DNA of 64,000 bases from an uncultured Acetobacteraceae bacterium (GTDB lineage: Bacteria > Pseudomonadota > Alphaproteobacteria > CACIAM-22H2), in the NCBI GenBank assembly GCA_964434345.1, contig CAYSUY010000002.1:4708-68707 (forward strand), written 5' to 3'. Shown one piece after another: positions 50,918 through 61,484 of this stretch. The notes under the pieces are model-generated. The model saw only the letters and a list, made by a program, of their open reading frames with translations. It had not been told where the DNA came from and did no database searches. Every line of letters begins with the position of its first letter. Positions within the stretch are counted from its first letter, which is position 1. Both the position numbers and the translations under genes were made by a program.

Positions 50918-52338
50918 CGCCGCGTCTCCGGGGCCGCACCGAGGTCCGCGACCCTCGGTGCGGCGATCTCGAGGATACGCCGCGTGCAATGGAAGCCCTG
51001 GCAGCGGCCAAGCATGCAACGGGTGCGGCGCTTGAGGCCACCCAGGTCGCCGGCAGGCAGCGGCCCCGCGAGCGCGGCCTCCAGCTCGGCCCGTGTCACC
51101 ATCTCGCAATGGCAGACGATCTCGCCACGACCGGGCATCTGCCAGGGGCGCGGACACTCCTCGGCGAGGTTCGGCACGCGCACCGGGATCGGTTCCGGCC
51201 GGGGCGGCAGCGGTCCGAAATGCGCCGCATGCAGCGACGCCACGTGAGCCGCCAGCCCGAGCGACGCAGTCAACCCGGTCGACCGGATCCCGCCGACCGT
51301 GATCCAGCGCCGCTCCGGCAGGGCTTCGACGACGAAGTCCTTGACCTGCGTCGCCGGACGCAGCCCGGCATAGGCCGCGGTGACGGGTTCGTCGGCAAGG
51401 GCCGGCACGAGCCGCGCGCCTTGCGCGCGCAATACCTCCAGCGTCGCGCCATCGACCGATGTGTCGCGGCGATCCTCCTGATCCTCGGCCGTCGGACCGA
51501 CGATCACGTTGCCGAACGCAGTCGGAGCGACGAGGACGCCCTTGGTCCGCTCGTTGGGCACCGGCAGGACGATCCCGCGGACATGGCGGCGCGCGGTCTT
51601 GTCGAGGACAACGAACTGCCCCTTGCGCGGCCGTATCGCGAAGGGGCTGGGGCGTGCGATCGCCTCGACGAGGTCGCCATAAAGCCCCGCGCAATTCACG
51701 ACGACGCCGGCACGCAGCGTGCCCGCGGTGGTCGCGAGATGCCAGCCATGCGCGTCCGGCTGCCCGCCCGTGACCTCGACACCGCGCAGGACCAGCGCGC
51801 CATGGGCGACCGCCTGGAGCGCATAGGCGAGCGGCGCCGACCAGGGATCGATCACCGCCTCGCCGGGCACGACGACCGCGCCGAGTGCGCCGGCAGCCAG
51901 TCCCGGCTCGATCCTGTAGATGTCCGGCACGGCAACGATCCGCGCATCTTCGACGCCATTCGCACGGGCCCGGGAGACGATCTCCGGCAACGCGGCCAGC
52001 TCGGCCGGTGTCCAGGCCACCAGCAACGCGCCGGTCTCGAGGAGCGGAAGGCCGAACGCCGCATGGAGCGCGCGATACAGCGCATGACCGTCGCGCACGC
52101 ACGCCGCCTCCAGGCTGCCGGGAACCGCGTCGAACCCGGTATGAAGGATCGCACTGTTGGCCTTGCTCGCGCCCGAAAGGATGTCGCGACCGCGTTCGAT
52201 CAACACGACGCGGAGACCGGCAAGCGCGAAGGCGCGCGCGATCGCGCACCCGACGACCCCGGCACCGATCACGGCGACGTCGTGGCGGTCGTCGCGGCGC
52301 GCCCCACGCAGGGGCATACCAAATCCGGCTTCCGGCAT
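50914..52338 (-). CDS. FAD-dependent oxidoreductase (DAO superfamily, GlpA/GlpD-like) with C-terminal BFD-like [2Fe-2S]-binding domain
   Basis: DVAVIGAGVVGCAIARAFALAGLRVVLIERG... N-terminal FAD fold. C-terminal CHCEMVTRAELEAAL...RCMLGRCQGFHC four-Cys BFD motif. Confidence 0.75.
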   Translation of the reverse strand: MPEAGFGMPLRGARRDDRHDVAVIGAGVVGCAIARAFALAGLRVVLIERGRDILSGASKANSAILHTGFDAVPGSLEAACVRDGHALYRALHAAFGLPLLETGALLVAWTPAELAALPEIVSRARANGVEDARIVAVPDIYRIEPGLAAGALGAVVVPGEAVIDPWSAPLAYALQAVAHGALVLRGVEVTGGQPDAHGWHLATTAGTLRAGVVVNCAGLYGDLVEAIARPSPFAIRPRKGQFVVLDKTARRHVRGIVLPVPNERTKGVLVAPTAFGNVIVGPTAEDQEDRRDTSVDGATLEVLRAQGARLVPALADEPVTAAYAGLRPATQVKDFVVEALPERRWITVGGIRSTGLTASLGLAAHVASLHAAHFGPLPPRPEPIPVRVPNLAEECPRPWQMPGRGEIVCHCEMVTRAELEAALAGPLPAGDLGGLKRRTRCMLGRCQGFHCTRRILEIAAPRVADLGAAPETRR

Positions 52339-52488
52339 GGCGCCACGTTAGGCGCCGGCACTCCTCGCCAGCAAGCGTTGCGGGGCGGCGGTTGCGTCGG
52401 CATGGTGGTTGCGATTAAGCAGACCCTGGACGCAATCGCGCCGCCCCGGGATGCCCCGGTGCGCAAGGCGCAGGACCGGAGGCCCGCC

Positions 52489-53259
52489 GTGACCCAGATC
52501 TTCTCGCTCGATGGCAAGGTTGCGCTCGTGACTGGCGCCTCGCGTGGCCTCGGCCGCGCCATGGCGCTCGCCCTAGCGCGCTGCGGCGCGCGCGTCGTCG
52601 TCAATGGCCGGAACATGGACGGGATCGCAGCTACGCGCGACGCGATCCTCGCCGCCGGAGGCCGGGCTACCGCCCTCGCCTTCGACACCACGGACGCGGC
52701 TGCGGCGACCGCCGCGATCGCGCGGATCGAGCAGGAACAGGGCCAGCTCGACATCCTGGTCAACAATGCCGGCTACGGGAACGGCGTGACCGCAAGCGAG
52801 ACCACCGACGCCCAATGGGACGAGATCGTGGGCGTCGACCTCAATGCGTGCTTCCGCCTCGCCCGGCTCGCCTCCGTCGGGATGATCAGGCGCGGCTGGG
52901 GCCGCATCATCAACATCTCGTCGATCAACGCCCATATCGCGCGCGAGGCGAACACGAGCTACTGCGCCGCGAAGGCCGGTCTCGAGGGCATGACCCGCGC
53001 ACTGGCCGTCGAGTGGGGACCGAAGGGGATCACGGTCAACGCGATCGCGCCCGGCTACATGATGACGCCCGACAACATGGACACGCCGCTGCGCGCCGAT
53101 GCCGCGAAGCGCGACTGGTTCGCGCAGCGCACCGCGCTGCGCCGCTGGGGACAGGCCGACGAACTCGACGGCGCGGTCGTCTTCCTCGCCGGTGACGCGT
53201 CCGCCTATTGCACCGGCCACGTGCTGATCGTCGACGGCGGGATGAGCGTGAAGATCTGA
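52489..53259 (+). CDS. SDR family oxidoreductase (gluconate 5-dehydrogenase-like)
   Basis: GTG start with GGAGG 6 nt upstream. GKVALVTGASRGLGRA, NNAG and the catalytic YCAAK motif. Confidence 0.88.
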   Translation: MTQIFSLDGKVALVTGASRGLGRAMALALARCGARVVVNGRNMDGIAATRDAILAAGGRATALAFDTTDAAAATAAIARIEQEQGQLDILVNNAGYGNGVTASETTDAQWDEIVGVDLNACFRLARLASVGMIRRGWGRIINISSINAHIAREANTSYCAAKAGLEGMTRALAVEWGPKGITVNAIAPGYMMTPDNMDTPLRADAAKRDWFAQRTALRRWGQADELDGAVVFLAGDASAYCTGHVLIVDGGMSVKI

Positions 53260-53284
53260 TCGCCGCGGCGACGCGGCGCGCGGA

Positions 53285-54490
53285 TCAGACCCGTTCGACG
53301 ATCAGCGCTATGCCCTGCCCGACCCCGACGCACATGGTGCACAGGGCATAGCGCCCGCCGCGACGCCGCATCTCATAGGTCGCGGTGGTCACCAGCCGCG
53401 CCCCGCTCATGCCGAGCGGGTGCCCGATGGCGATCGCGCCGCCATTCGGGTTGACGTGCTCCGCATCGTCCGGAAGACCGAGTTCGCGCGTGACGGCGAG
53501 CGCCTGCGCGGCGAACGCCTCGTTGAGCTCGATCACGTCCATCTGTCCGAGGGCCAGGCCCGCGCGGGCGAGCACCTTGCGGATCGCGGGCACCGGGCCG
53601 ATCCCCATGATCCGGGGCTCCACCCCTGCCGCGGCCATGGCCACGATGCGCGCGCGGGGGGTCAGGCCCTGCTCCGCCGCGGCCTGCGACGACGCGATGA
53701 CCATGGCGGCCGCCCCATCGTTGACGCCGGAGGCGTTGCCCGCCGTCACGCTCAGATCCGGACCATTGATGCCCGTGAGCTTGGCCAGTTGTGCGGCGGT
53801 CGTGTCGGGACGCGGGTGCTCGTCGGTGGCGACGACGAGCGGGTCACCCTTTTTCTGCGGGATCCGCACCGGCACGATCTCGTCCGCGAAGACGCCGCGC
53901 GCCTGCGCCGCGGCCCAACGCTGCTGGCTGCGCAGGGCGAAGGCGTCCTGATCGGCGCGTGGGATCGCGAAATCGGCCGCGACGTGATCGGCTGTCTCGG
54001 GCATGGCGTGCGTGCCATGCGCCGCCTTCATCCGCGGGTTGACGAAGCGCCATCCGATCGTCGTGTCGTACACGGCGCTCGTCCGCGCGAAGGCGGTATC
54101 GGCCTTCGGCATCACGAAGGGCGCGCGCGTCATGCTCTCGACGCCACCGGCAATCGTGAGGTCGCAATCGCCCGCCCGGATCGCCCGTGCCGCCATGCCG
54201 ATCGCATCCATGCCGGACCCGCAGAGCCGGTTCACCGTCGTGGCCGGCACGGCGACCGGCATTCCGGCGAGCAGCACCGCCATGCGGGCGACATTGCGGT
54301 TGTCTTCGCCCGCCTGATTGGCGCAGCCGAAGACCACGTCGTCCACGCGCGCCCAGTCGACCGACGGGTTCCGCTCCATCAGGGCCGCGAGCGGGATCGC
54401 CGCGAGATCGTCGGCGCGCACCGTCGCGAGCGCACCCGCGTACCGGCCGATCGGCGTCCTCACGGCGTCGCAGATGAATGCCTCTGACAT
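53285..54490 (-). CDS. beta-ketoadipyl-CoA / 3-oxoacyl-CoA thiolase (PcaF/PaaJ-like)
   Basis: 401 aa from [21 protein letters not shown], which is the PcaF/PaaJ-type N-terminus. ...[11 protein letters not shown]... and [11 protein letters not shown]...CVGVGQG. Confidence 0.88.
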   Translation of the reverse strand: MSEAFICDAVRTPIGRYAGALATVRADDLAAIPLAALMERNPSVDWARVDDVVFGCANQAGEDNRNVARMAVLLAGMPVAVPATTVNRLCGSGMDAIGMAARAIRAGDCDLTIAGGVESMTRAPFVMPKADTAFARTSAVYDTTIGWRFVNPRMKAAHGTHAMPETADHVAADFAIPRADQDAFALRSQQRWAAAQARGVFADEIVPVRIPQKKGDPLVVATDEHPRPDTTAAQLAKLTGINGPDLSVTAGNASGVNDGAAAMVIASSQAAAEQGLTPRARIVAMAAAGVEPRIMGIGPVPAIRKVLARAGLALGQMDVIELNEAFAAQALAVTRELGLPDDAEHVNPNGGAIAIGHPLGMSGARLVTTATYEMRRRGGRYALCTMCVGVGQGIALIVERV

Positions 54491-54503
54491 CGGTGCGCTC
54501 CCT

Positions 54504-56231
54504 TCAGACTGCCTTTGCTTCGCGATACTGGCGTAGCGCCTCGTCGACGCTCTCCACATAGACCACCGCCGGGGACCGGATGCCATGGACCAGCAAGGCC
54601 CGGCGCGCCTCCGGGTCGGCGCCGGCGACGAATAGCCGCACGCCCCGCCGCCCGGCCTTGTGCGCCAGCCCCTCGATGACATGCGCGCCCGTGGAATCGA
54701 GAAACGGGACGGACGCGAAATCGATCACGAGCGCGCGATGGGAATCCGAGATCCGGTCGAGGACCGATCCGATCGACGACGCCGCCCCGAAGAAGAACGC
54801 GCCGGTGATGCGGTAGACGACGATCTCCGGATCGGCGCCACCGGCAGCGCCCGGCCCCACTCCCGGAGCCAGCGCGTCGGGAATGTCCTCGCCCACCAGC
54901 GGCGTCCGTGCCTCCACACCCGTGGCCCGTGACATGCGATGGATGAACAGCACCGACCCCAGGGCGAACCCGACGACGATCGCCTCGGTCAGGTCGCGCA
55001 GAACGGTCAGCAGGAAGGTGGCGGCGAGCACCGCGGCGTCGCCCCATCCCGATCGCACGAGCGCGCCGATCGCCGTGCGCTCCACCATGTTCCACGACAC
55101 CACCACGAGCACGCCCGCGAGCGCCGCCAGCGGAACGAAGGCGGCGAGCGGTGCCGCGATCGCCATGAAGGCCAGTAGGAACACCGCATGCAGCATGCCC
55201 GCGACGGGCCCCTGCGCGCCCGCACGCACGTTCGTCGCCGTGCGCGCGATCGTGCCGGTCACGCAGAACCCGCCGAACAGCGCGGTTCCGACATTGGCGA
55301 TTCCCTGCGCGACCAGTTCGCAATTCGATCTGTGCCGTCGTCCACTCATGCCGTCAGCGACGACGGCGGAAAGCAGCGACTCGATGGCGCCCAGGAGCGC
55401 GAAGGAGACGGCTGACGGCAGGACCTCGACGATCCGCGCCATCGACAGGTCGGGCAGCGCCGGTGCGGGCAGGCCGCTCGGGATGCCGCCGAACTGCGAA
55501 CCGATGGTCGACACGTTCAGCCCGAGCGCCGCTGTCGCCACCGATGCCCCCGCGACACCCAGCAGCATGCCCGGCCAATGGGGACGCAGAACCCTGAGGG
55601 CGACGATGACGGCGGCCGTGCCCAGGGACAGCGCGATCGCCGCCGGCGACGCGCTCGGCAAGGCGCTCCACAAGGCCGGCAGTTTCTCGAGCAGCGGACC
55701 CGGCTCCGGGCCGTCCAGGACGAGCCCCAGCAACTCGCGCAGCTGGCTCGCGAAGATGATGACGGCGATCCCCGCAGTGAAGCCGACGGTGACCGGAAAC
55801 GGAATGAACTTGATGAACGTGCCGAGCCGCAGCCACCCGACGGCCGACAACATCAGTCCCGACAGGAAGGTCGCGAGGATCAGCCCGTCCATCCCGTGGC
55901 GCGCGACGGTCGCCCCCACCAGAACGATGAAGGCACCGGCGGGGCCGCCGATCTGGAAGCGCGATCCACCGAGAGCCGATACCAGAAATCCTCCGACGAT
56001 CGCGGTATAGAGCCCCTGGGCGGGGCTCGCGCCCGACGCGATGGCGATCGCCATCGACAGCGGGAGCGCGACGATCGCGACCGTCAGCCCGGCCAATGCG
56101 TCCTTGCGGAGCTTGTCGACGCCATATCCCTCGCGCAGGACGGTGACGAGCTTCGGGGTGAACAGGTCCGCGAACCCCGTGGCCTCCACCGGCGCGGTCG
56201 CGCCACGCGTGCCGTGATGCCGTCGTGCCAT
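54504..56231 (-). CDS. SulP family inorganic anion transporter with C-terminal STAS domain
   Basis: Sulfate_transp core (…QIGGPAGAF…) and a C-terminal STAS (…[22 protein letters not shown]…). Confidence 0.88.
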   Translation of the reverse strand: MARRHHGTRGATAPVEATGFADLFTPKLVTVLREGYGVDKLRKDALAGLTVAIVALPLSMAIAIASGASPAQGLYTAIVGGFLVSALGGSRFQIGGPAGAFIVLVGATVARHGMDGLILATFLSGLMLSAVGWLRLGTFIKFIPFPVTVGFTAGIAVIIFASQLRELLGLVLDGPEPGPLLEKLPALWSALPSASPAAIALSLGTAAVIVALRVLRPHWPGMLLGVAGASVATAALGLNVSTIGSQFGGIPSGLPAPALPDLSMARIVEVLPSAVSFALLGAIESLLSAVVADGMSGRRHRSNCELVAQGIANVGTALFGGFCVTGTIARTATNVRAGAQGPVAGMLHAVFLLAFMAIAAPLAAFVPLAALAGVLVVVSWNMVERTAIGALVRSGWGDAAVLAATFLLTVLRDLTEAIVVGFALGSVLFIHRMSRATGVEARTPLVGEDIPDALAPGVGPGAAGGADPEIVVYRITGAFFFGAASSIGSVLDRISDSHRALVIDFASVPFLDSTGAHVIEGLAHKAGRRGVRLFVAGADPEARRALLVHGIRSPAVVYVESVDEALRQYREAKAV

Positions 56232-56252
56232 GGCGCTCCCTCGCCGCAAGGC

Positions 56253-57419
56253 CTAGCCGCGCGCGACGAACGCAGCCGCCGCCGATGCGGGAACCGCGAC
56301 CTCGCCACGCATGAGACGGCGCGCGGTCCGGAACAGGACGGCCGATAGCGCGCTCCACCCATCGCCGTCGCGCCGCACGACGGCACCGACCGACACCAGG
56401 CCCGACGGGTTGGCGACACGCACCTCCCCGCTGGCATCCGCCGGCCGCGACACGCGGTTGGGTATCGATCCGGGTATCTGCGTCGCGACACCGAGATTGA
56501 GGCCCCCGGTGCCCGGAATCGCCTTGTGCGCGCGTTGCATCGAGATCATGCGCGTGGCGACGTCGAAACGGTCGGGCTCGATCATCTCGCCATCCAGGGC
56601 ACGGAACCGTCGCGGCGACGCGACGAGCGCGATGCGCGGGGTCTGCAATCCGATCTCGTCCGGCCGCGCGCCCAGCCCGCACAATACGCCTGCGGCGCGA
56701 CGGATGCGCTCCAGGGCATCCATCACGGCGGGTCGCGCCTCGATCGCCTCGGGCGTTTCCGTCCCATCGAGCCCGAAGACCGCCGCGTCGACATAGGCTA
56801 TGGGCGAGGTCGCATCGACGATCGACACGTCGAACGTCGCGCCGCCCCCAAGATCCACCCGGTCGATGACCGCGCCGGTCGGCAGCAATCGGCCCGTCAC
56901 GGCGCCTCCAGGATCGAGAAAATCAAGACGGATCCGCGCCCCCGTCCCGGCCACGCCCGCGATCGCGTAATCGCCCTCGACGCATGCCAGGCCGCCGCGC
57001 ACATCGAAGCGCGCATGGATCAGCTTGCGCGTGTTGGTCTGGTGAATGCGAACCGTCACCTCGCCGTCGCCGGCACGCACCAGCCCCTCGTCGACGGCAA
57101 ACGGACCGACGGCCGACGACAGGTTCCCGCAATTATTCGACCAGTCGGCGACCGGCGCGTCGACGGCCAGTTGCACGAACGTGTAGTCGATGTCTGCGTC
57201 CGGATGCGTCGAGGGCCCGATGATCACCGCCTTGGACAACGACGAGAGACCACCCCCCATGCCGTCGAGCTGGCGACCATAGGGATCCGGGCTGCCGATC
57301 GCGCGCAGCAGAACGCGATCGATATCCTCCCGTGCGACGGGAAGATCGCGCGCGTGGAAGAACAATCCCTTGCTCGTGCCGCCGCGATAGAAGGCACAGG
57401 GAACGAAACGCTGGCTCAT
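56253..57419 (-). CDS. prpF: PrpF family isomerase (2-methylaconitate / aconitate isomerase; AcnD-accessory protein)
   Basis: MSQRFVPCAFYRGGTSKGLFFHARDLP.. is the PrpF/GalD/LigU-type N-terminus. 388 aa. It lies immediately downstream of the aconitase gene. Confidence 0.85.
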   Translation of the reverse strand: MSQRFVPCAFYRGGTSKGLFFHARDLPVAREDIDRVLLRAIGSPDPYGRQLDGMGGGLSSLSKAVIIGPSTHPDADIDYTFVQLAVDAPVADWSNNCGNLSSAVGPFAVDEGLVRAGDGEVTVRIHQTNTRKLIHARFDVRGGLACVEGDYAIAGVAGTGARIRLDFLDPGGAVTGRLLPTGAVIDRVDLGGGATFDVSIVDATSPIAYVDAAVFGLDGTETPEAIEARPAVMDALERIRRAAGVLCGLGARPDEIGLQTPRIALVASPRRFRALDGEMIEPDRFDVATRMISMQRAHKAIPGTGGLNLGVATQIPGSIPNRVSRPADASGEVRVANPSGLVSVGAVVRRDGDGWSALSAVLFRTARRLMRGEVAVPASAAAAFVARG

Positions 57420-57426
57420 GCCGTCC

Positions 57427-60042
57427 TCATGCCTGGCCTGCCCGGCCCATCATCTCGCGCCACACGAATGGAAGGATCCCGCCATGGCGCCAATAGGCGA
57501 TATCCTCCGGCGTATCGAGGCGAATCGTGAGACCGATCACCTCGGCACGCCCGTCCGCGCGCAGGATGCGACAGCGCGCCTCGCCCCGCACGGGAAACGC
57601 GTCGTCGAGTCCCTCGATGTCGAAGACCTCGCTGCCGTCGAGGCCGAGCGACCGCGCGGTCGTGCCAACGCGAAACTGAAGCGGCAGGACGCCCATCCCG
57701 ACCAGATTGGTCCTGTGGATGCGTTCGAAACCTTCCGCGATGATCGCCTTGACCCCGAGAAGCGCGACGCCCTTCGCGGCCCAGTCCCGCGACGACCCGC
57801 ACCCGTAATTGCGTCCCGCCACGACGACCAGAGGCACGCCGCGACCGGCATGGCGCTGCGCGGCGTCAAAGACCGGCATCGTCGTTCCATCGGGATGCAA
57901 CCGCGTGACGCCGCCCTCGACGCCTGGGACCATAAGGTTGCGCAAACGGATATTCGCGAAGGTCGCCCGGATCGCGACATCGTGGTTGGAACGCCGCGTC
58001 GTGTAGGTGTTGTAGTCGGCCGGCAGGACGCCGCGTGAATCCAGGAACAGCGCCGCCGGTGTCCCCGGGCTGATCGCTCCCGAAGGCGAGATATCGTCCG
58101 TCGTGGTCGAATCGCCGAGAATGACGAGCGGGCGGGCACCGCGGATGTCGTGCGCCGTCGGCGTGGCGCGCGACAGACCATCGAAATAGGGCGGCCGTCG
58201 CACATACGTGCTCGCCGGATCCCAGGCGAAGAGCGCAGACGGCCCGCGCGCCAGTTCATCCCACGCCGGACCGCCGTCGAACAGGTCGCGATAGGCGTCG
58301 GTGAACCGCTCGGGCCGATAGCCGTCCGCGACGACGGCGGCGATCTCGTCTTCTCCGGGCCAGATGTCGCGCAGATGCACGGGGTCGCCCGCAGCATCCC
58401 GTCCCAGAGGATCCCGCGTCAGGTCACAGGTCATGCTTCCCGCGATCGCGTAGGCCACCACCAGCGCCGGCGACGCGAGATAGGCGGCGCGGACATGCGG
58501 GTGAACGCGGCCCGGGAAGTTGCGGTTGCCCGAAATCACCGCGGCCGTGACAAGCCGCCCGGCCTCGATCGCCGCTGCGATCGGCGGATCGAGCGGCCCC
58601 GATCCGCCGTTGCAGGTCGTGCATCCGAACCCCACGACGTGGAAGCCGAGCGCGTCGAGCGGCGCCTGGAGCCCGGCCCGCGCGAGCACCTGCGCCACCA
58701 CATGGCTCCCGGGTGCGAGCGACGTCTTGACATGAGGCTTCGTGCGCAGGCCGCGCGCGACCGCGTTGCGCGCCAGCAGGGCTGCCGCGACCATGCCGCC
58801 AGGGTTCGACGTGTTGGTGCAGCTTGTTATCGCCGCGATCACCACATCCCCGTCCCGCACGCCATCTGCGACCGCCGCGGGCGAACGGCCCGCCAGGCTC
58901 CGGCAGTGGCCCGGAAACTCCGCCGCCGCACGATCGAGATCGATCCGCTCCTCGGGGTTGCGCGGCCCCGCGATGGACGGCCGGATACGTCCCAGATCGA
59001 TCGGCACGACCTCGTCGAAATCCGGTGCGGGGTCGCCCGGCTCGCGCCACAGGTGCTGCGCGCGCGCATAGGCCTCGACAAGGCGGACATGATCCGGCGT
59101 CCGTCCAGTCATCGCGAGATACGCCGCCGTCCGATGGTCGATCGGAAAATACACCGCCGTGGCGCCGTATTCGGGCGCCATGTTGGCGATGGTGCCGCGA
59201 TCCGCCACCGCGAGTTGCGCGAGCGCGGGGCCGAAGAACTCCACGAACTCGCCGACCACGTCGCGCGCACGCAGGGCCTCGGTGATGGCCAGAACGAGAT
59301 CGGTCGGCGTCGCACCGGCCGGCATCGTGCCGCTGACCTCGACGCCGATCACGCGCGGCAACGCCATGGAGATCGGCTTTCCGAGCATGACCGCCTCGGC
59401 CTCGATCCCGCCAACGCCCCAGCCGAGGATCCCCAGACCGTTGATCATCGGCGTATGGCTGTCGGTCCCGATGCAGGTGTCGGGCGACAGGGTCGGCAGA
59501 CCGTCCACCAGATCGCTGCGCACCACCTGCCCGATCGATTCCAGGTGGATCTGATGCATGATCCCCTTGCCCGGCGGCACCACGCGGACGTTGCGAAAGC
59601 TCTCGGCGCACCAGCGCAGGAAGGCGAAGCGCTCCGCGTTGCGGCGGTACTCGTGCGCGAGGTTGAGCCGCGGGGCGTCGCCCCGGCCATACACATCGAC
59701 CTGCAGCGAGTGGTCTATGACGATGTCGACCGGCACGGCGGGATCGATGGTCGCCGGATCGATACCCTCGGCCGCGAGCGCATCACGCAGCGCCGCGAAA
59801 TCGACCATCATCACCTTGCCGAGGATGTCCTGGCCGAAGACGCGGCTCGGGGCGAAGGACAGGCGGCTCCCGGCACGCCGCGCCAGAAGGTCGCCGATAT
59901 CCTGCTCCACGCGACGCCCCGCCGCCGCCTGACGCATCAGGTTCTCGAGCAGGATCCGCAACGCGTAGGGCAACCGCGCGACAGCCGCGACCTCGTCGAT
60001 CGCCATGTACCGCCCTGCCCCGTGCAAGTCACGCCAAGCCAT
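57427..60042 (-). CDS. acnD: aconitate hydratase family Fe/S-dependent dehydratase, likely AcnD-type (2-methylcitrate dehydratase) given the PrpF partner
   Basis: 871 aa. ...VDIVIDHSLQVD..., ...GTDSHTPMINGLGILGWGVGGIEAEA..., ...ITSCTNTSNP... and ...GCTTCNGGSG... Fe-S ligands. Overall colinearity with AcnA/AcnD. Confidence 0.85.
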   Translation of the reverse strand: MAWRDLHGAGRYMAIDEVAAVARLPYALRILLENLMRQAAAGRRVEQDIGDLLARRAGSRLSFAPSRVFGQDILGKVMMVDFAALRDALAAEGIDPATIDPAVPVDIVIDHSLQVDVYGRGDAPRLNLAHEYRRNAERFAFLRWCAESFRNVRVVPPGKGIMHQIHLESIGQVVRSDLVDGLPTLSPDTCIGTDSHTPMINGLGILGWGVGGIEAEAVMLGKPISMALPRVIGVEVSGTMPAGATPTDLVLAITEALRARDVVGEFVEFFGPALAQLAVADRGTIANMAPEYGATAVYFPIDHRTAAYLAMTGRTPDHVRLVEAYARAQHLWREPGDPAPDFDEVVPIDLGRIRPSIAGPRNPEERIDLDRAAAEFPGHCRSLAGRSPAAVADGVRDGDVVIAAITSCTNTSNPGGMVAAALLARNAVARGLRTKPHVKTSLAPGSHVVAQVLARAGLQAPLDALGFHVVGFGCTTCNGGSGPLDPPIAAAIEAGRLVTAAVISGNRNFPGRVHPHVRAAYLASPALVVAYAIAGSMTCDLTRDPLGRDAAGDPVHLRDIWPGEDEIAAVVADGYRPERFTDAYRDLFDGGPAWDELARGPSALFAWDPASTYVRRPPYFDGLSRATPTAHDIRGARPLVILGDSTTTDDISPSGAISPGTPAALFLDSRGVLPADYNTYTTRRSNHDVAIRATFANIRLRNLMVPGVEGGVTRLHPDGTTMPVFDAAQRHAGRGVPLVVVAGRNYGCGSSRDWAAKGVALLGVKAIIAEGFERIHRTNLVGMGVLPLQFRVGTTARSLGLDGSEVFDIEGLDDAFPVRGEARCRILRADGRAEVIGLTIRLDTPEDIAYWRHGGILPFVWREMMGRAGQA

Positions 60043-60063
60043 CCTGCGTCCTTTCGCTCGACA

Positions 60064-60083
60064 TCGCGGCCACTCGGCCGCGA
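60064..60083. promoter_or_regulatory. perfect 8-bp inverted repeat TCGCGGCC-actc-GGCCGCGA in the acnD / Gfo-family divergent intergenic region
   Basis: Seen directly, 22 nt upstream of the aconitase start codon. No U-tract, so a protein-binding site is more likely than a terminator. Confidence 0.3.
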
Positions 60084-60180
60084 TTATCCACGTCGCCCCG
60101 ATCCAGGGCTACTGCCGATCCCCGCGCACCTCGCGCACGCAGGGACGGACGGCGGGGTGGCGGGGCTCCAGGAGGGGACG

Positions 60181-61161
60181 ATGAACATCTGCATGGTCGG
60201 CTATGGAATGATGGGGGTCTGGCACAGCGACGCGCTCGCCGCCATTCCCGGGACCGTGCTGCATACGGTTGTGGGTCGGCGCGCCGAAGCCGCGGCGGAG
60301 TTCGCCGGACGCTACGGGTACCGCAAATGGACCGACTCGCTGGCGACGGCCCTGGCCGATCCCGAGATCGATGCCGTGATCCTCGCAAGCCCGAGCGAAC
60401 AGCACGAGGCCCAGGCGATCGCCTGCCTCGAGGCCGGCAAGCATCTGCTGCTCGAGATCCCGATCGCGATGAGCCTCGCCGGCGCCGAACGCGTCGTGGC
60501 GACCGCCATCCGCAGCGGCCTCACCTTCGGCCTCTGCCACCCGATGCGGTTTCGCCGCGAGCGCGAAGCGCTGCGGGCACGCATCGCCGCCGGCGAGGAA
60601 CGCATCCGTCACATCGCCGGTCGCTTCTTCATCAAGCGGCTCGTGAACATCGGCGCGACCGGATACCGGCGCAGCTGGATCGACAACATCCTGTGGCACC
60701 ATTTCTGCCATTTCGTCGATCTCGGCATGTGGCTCTTCGACGGCGCGCCGATCCGCCGCGTACAGAGCCATCTCGGGGCGTTGCATCCCGCCACCGGCAT
60801 CCCGATGGAATCGACCGTTCTCGTCGAGACCGAAGACGATCGGACCCTGATGGTCCATGGCTCCTATCACGCGACCTATCGTCTCTACGACAAGCTGATC
60901 GTCACCGATCGCGAGACCTATCTCTTCGACATCCTCGCCGGAACGATGCGCACCGCGGAAGGTGTGGTGAGCATCGAGGACGAAAAGACGAATTGCGCGC
61001 GCGTCGTCGCCGACTTCGTCGATGCCGTCCGTGCGCGCCGCCAGCCCCTGGTCTCCGGTCCCTCCGTGCTGCCTGCGATGCGCGTGCTCCAGGCGGTCCA
61101 GGACGATTGGGACCGTCGCTGGGGCGCGCAGGACATTCCGGGCCGGCCCGCCGCGTCCTGA
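60181..61161 (+). CDS. Gfo/Idh/MocA family NAD(P)-dependent oxidoreductase
   Basis: MNICMVGYGMMGVWHSDAL... Rossmann N-terminus with AGGAGG 5 nt upstream. ...EKHLLLEIPIA... resembles the EKP motif. Confidence 0.88.
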   Translation: MNICMVGYGMMGVWHSDALAAIPGTVLHTVVGRRAEAAAEFAGRYGYRKWTDSLATALADPEIDAVILASPSEQHEAQAIACLEAGKHLLLEIPIAMSLAGAERVVATAIRSGLTFGLCHPMRFRREREALRARIAAGEERIRHIAGRFFIKRLVNIGATGYRRSWIDNILWHHFCHFVDLGMWLFDGAPIRRVQSHLGALHPATGIPMESTVLVETEDDRTLMVHGSYHATYRLYDKLIVTDRETYLFDILAGTMRTAEGVVSIEDEKTNCARVVADFVDAVRARRQPLVSGPSVLPAMRVLQAVQDDWDRRWGAQDIPGRPAAS

Positions 61162-61484
61162 CGCGGTCGCCCGCAAGGGCGCGGATCGAGAAGCCGTGCC
61201 CGGACGCACAACCCCAGAAAAAACCGATCATGGTTAACTGCGCGCTGTGGTTGCGCGCCCCCCTGGCCTGCTTGGCCGGACGCACGAAAAACCGCGTCTT
61301 TACTATGTTTTTCGAATCCTCCTCGCGAAACGATCCGTTAGTGTTAGCGCGATCTTAGCCATCGCACAGAACGGAGGGATGGCGGATCAGAACCCAGATC
61401 GGTCATCCACGAAGAGGAGTGACGCGACATGACAAGCCGTGGCCTGGACATCGGTGCGATGTCGTTGCCCGCGAGGATCTCGGC
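61162..61484 (+). promoter_or_regulatory. flagellin promoter / long 5' leader region containing repeated CGGACGCAC and GAAAAAACCG motifs
   Basis: 323 nt non-coding, relatively AT-rich stretch, the longest intergenic region in the window. The direct repeats are seen in the sequence. Confidence 0.35.

Noticed and set aside
58150-60180. An N-terminal 670 aa extension of the Gfo/Idh/MocA ORF, giving a 1003 aa protein.
   Set aside because: The extension is antisense to the aconitase gene and is low-complexity. A clean AGGAGG + ATG start at 60181 begins the recognisable Rossmann N-terminus.
61240-61300. A sigma-54 (-24 GG / -12 GC) promoter for the flagellin gene, e.g. TGGCCTGCTTGGC.
   Set aside because: The GG to GC spacing is two nucleotides too short for the TGGCAC-N5-TTGC consensus, and no clear sigma-28 TAAA-N15-GCCGATAA is present. 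I left it as an unassigned leader.
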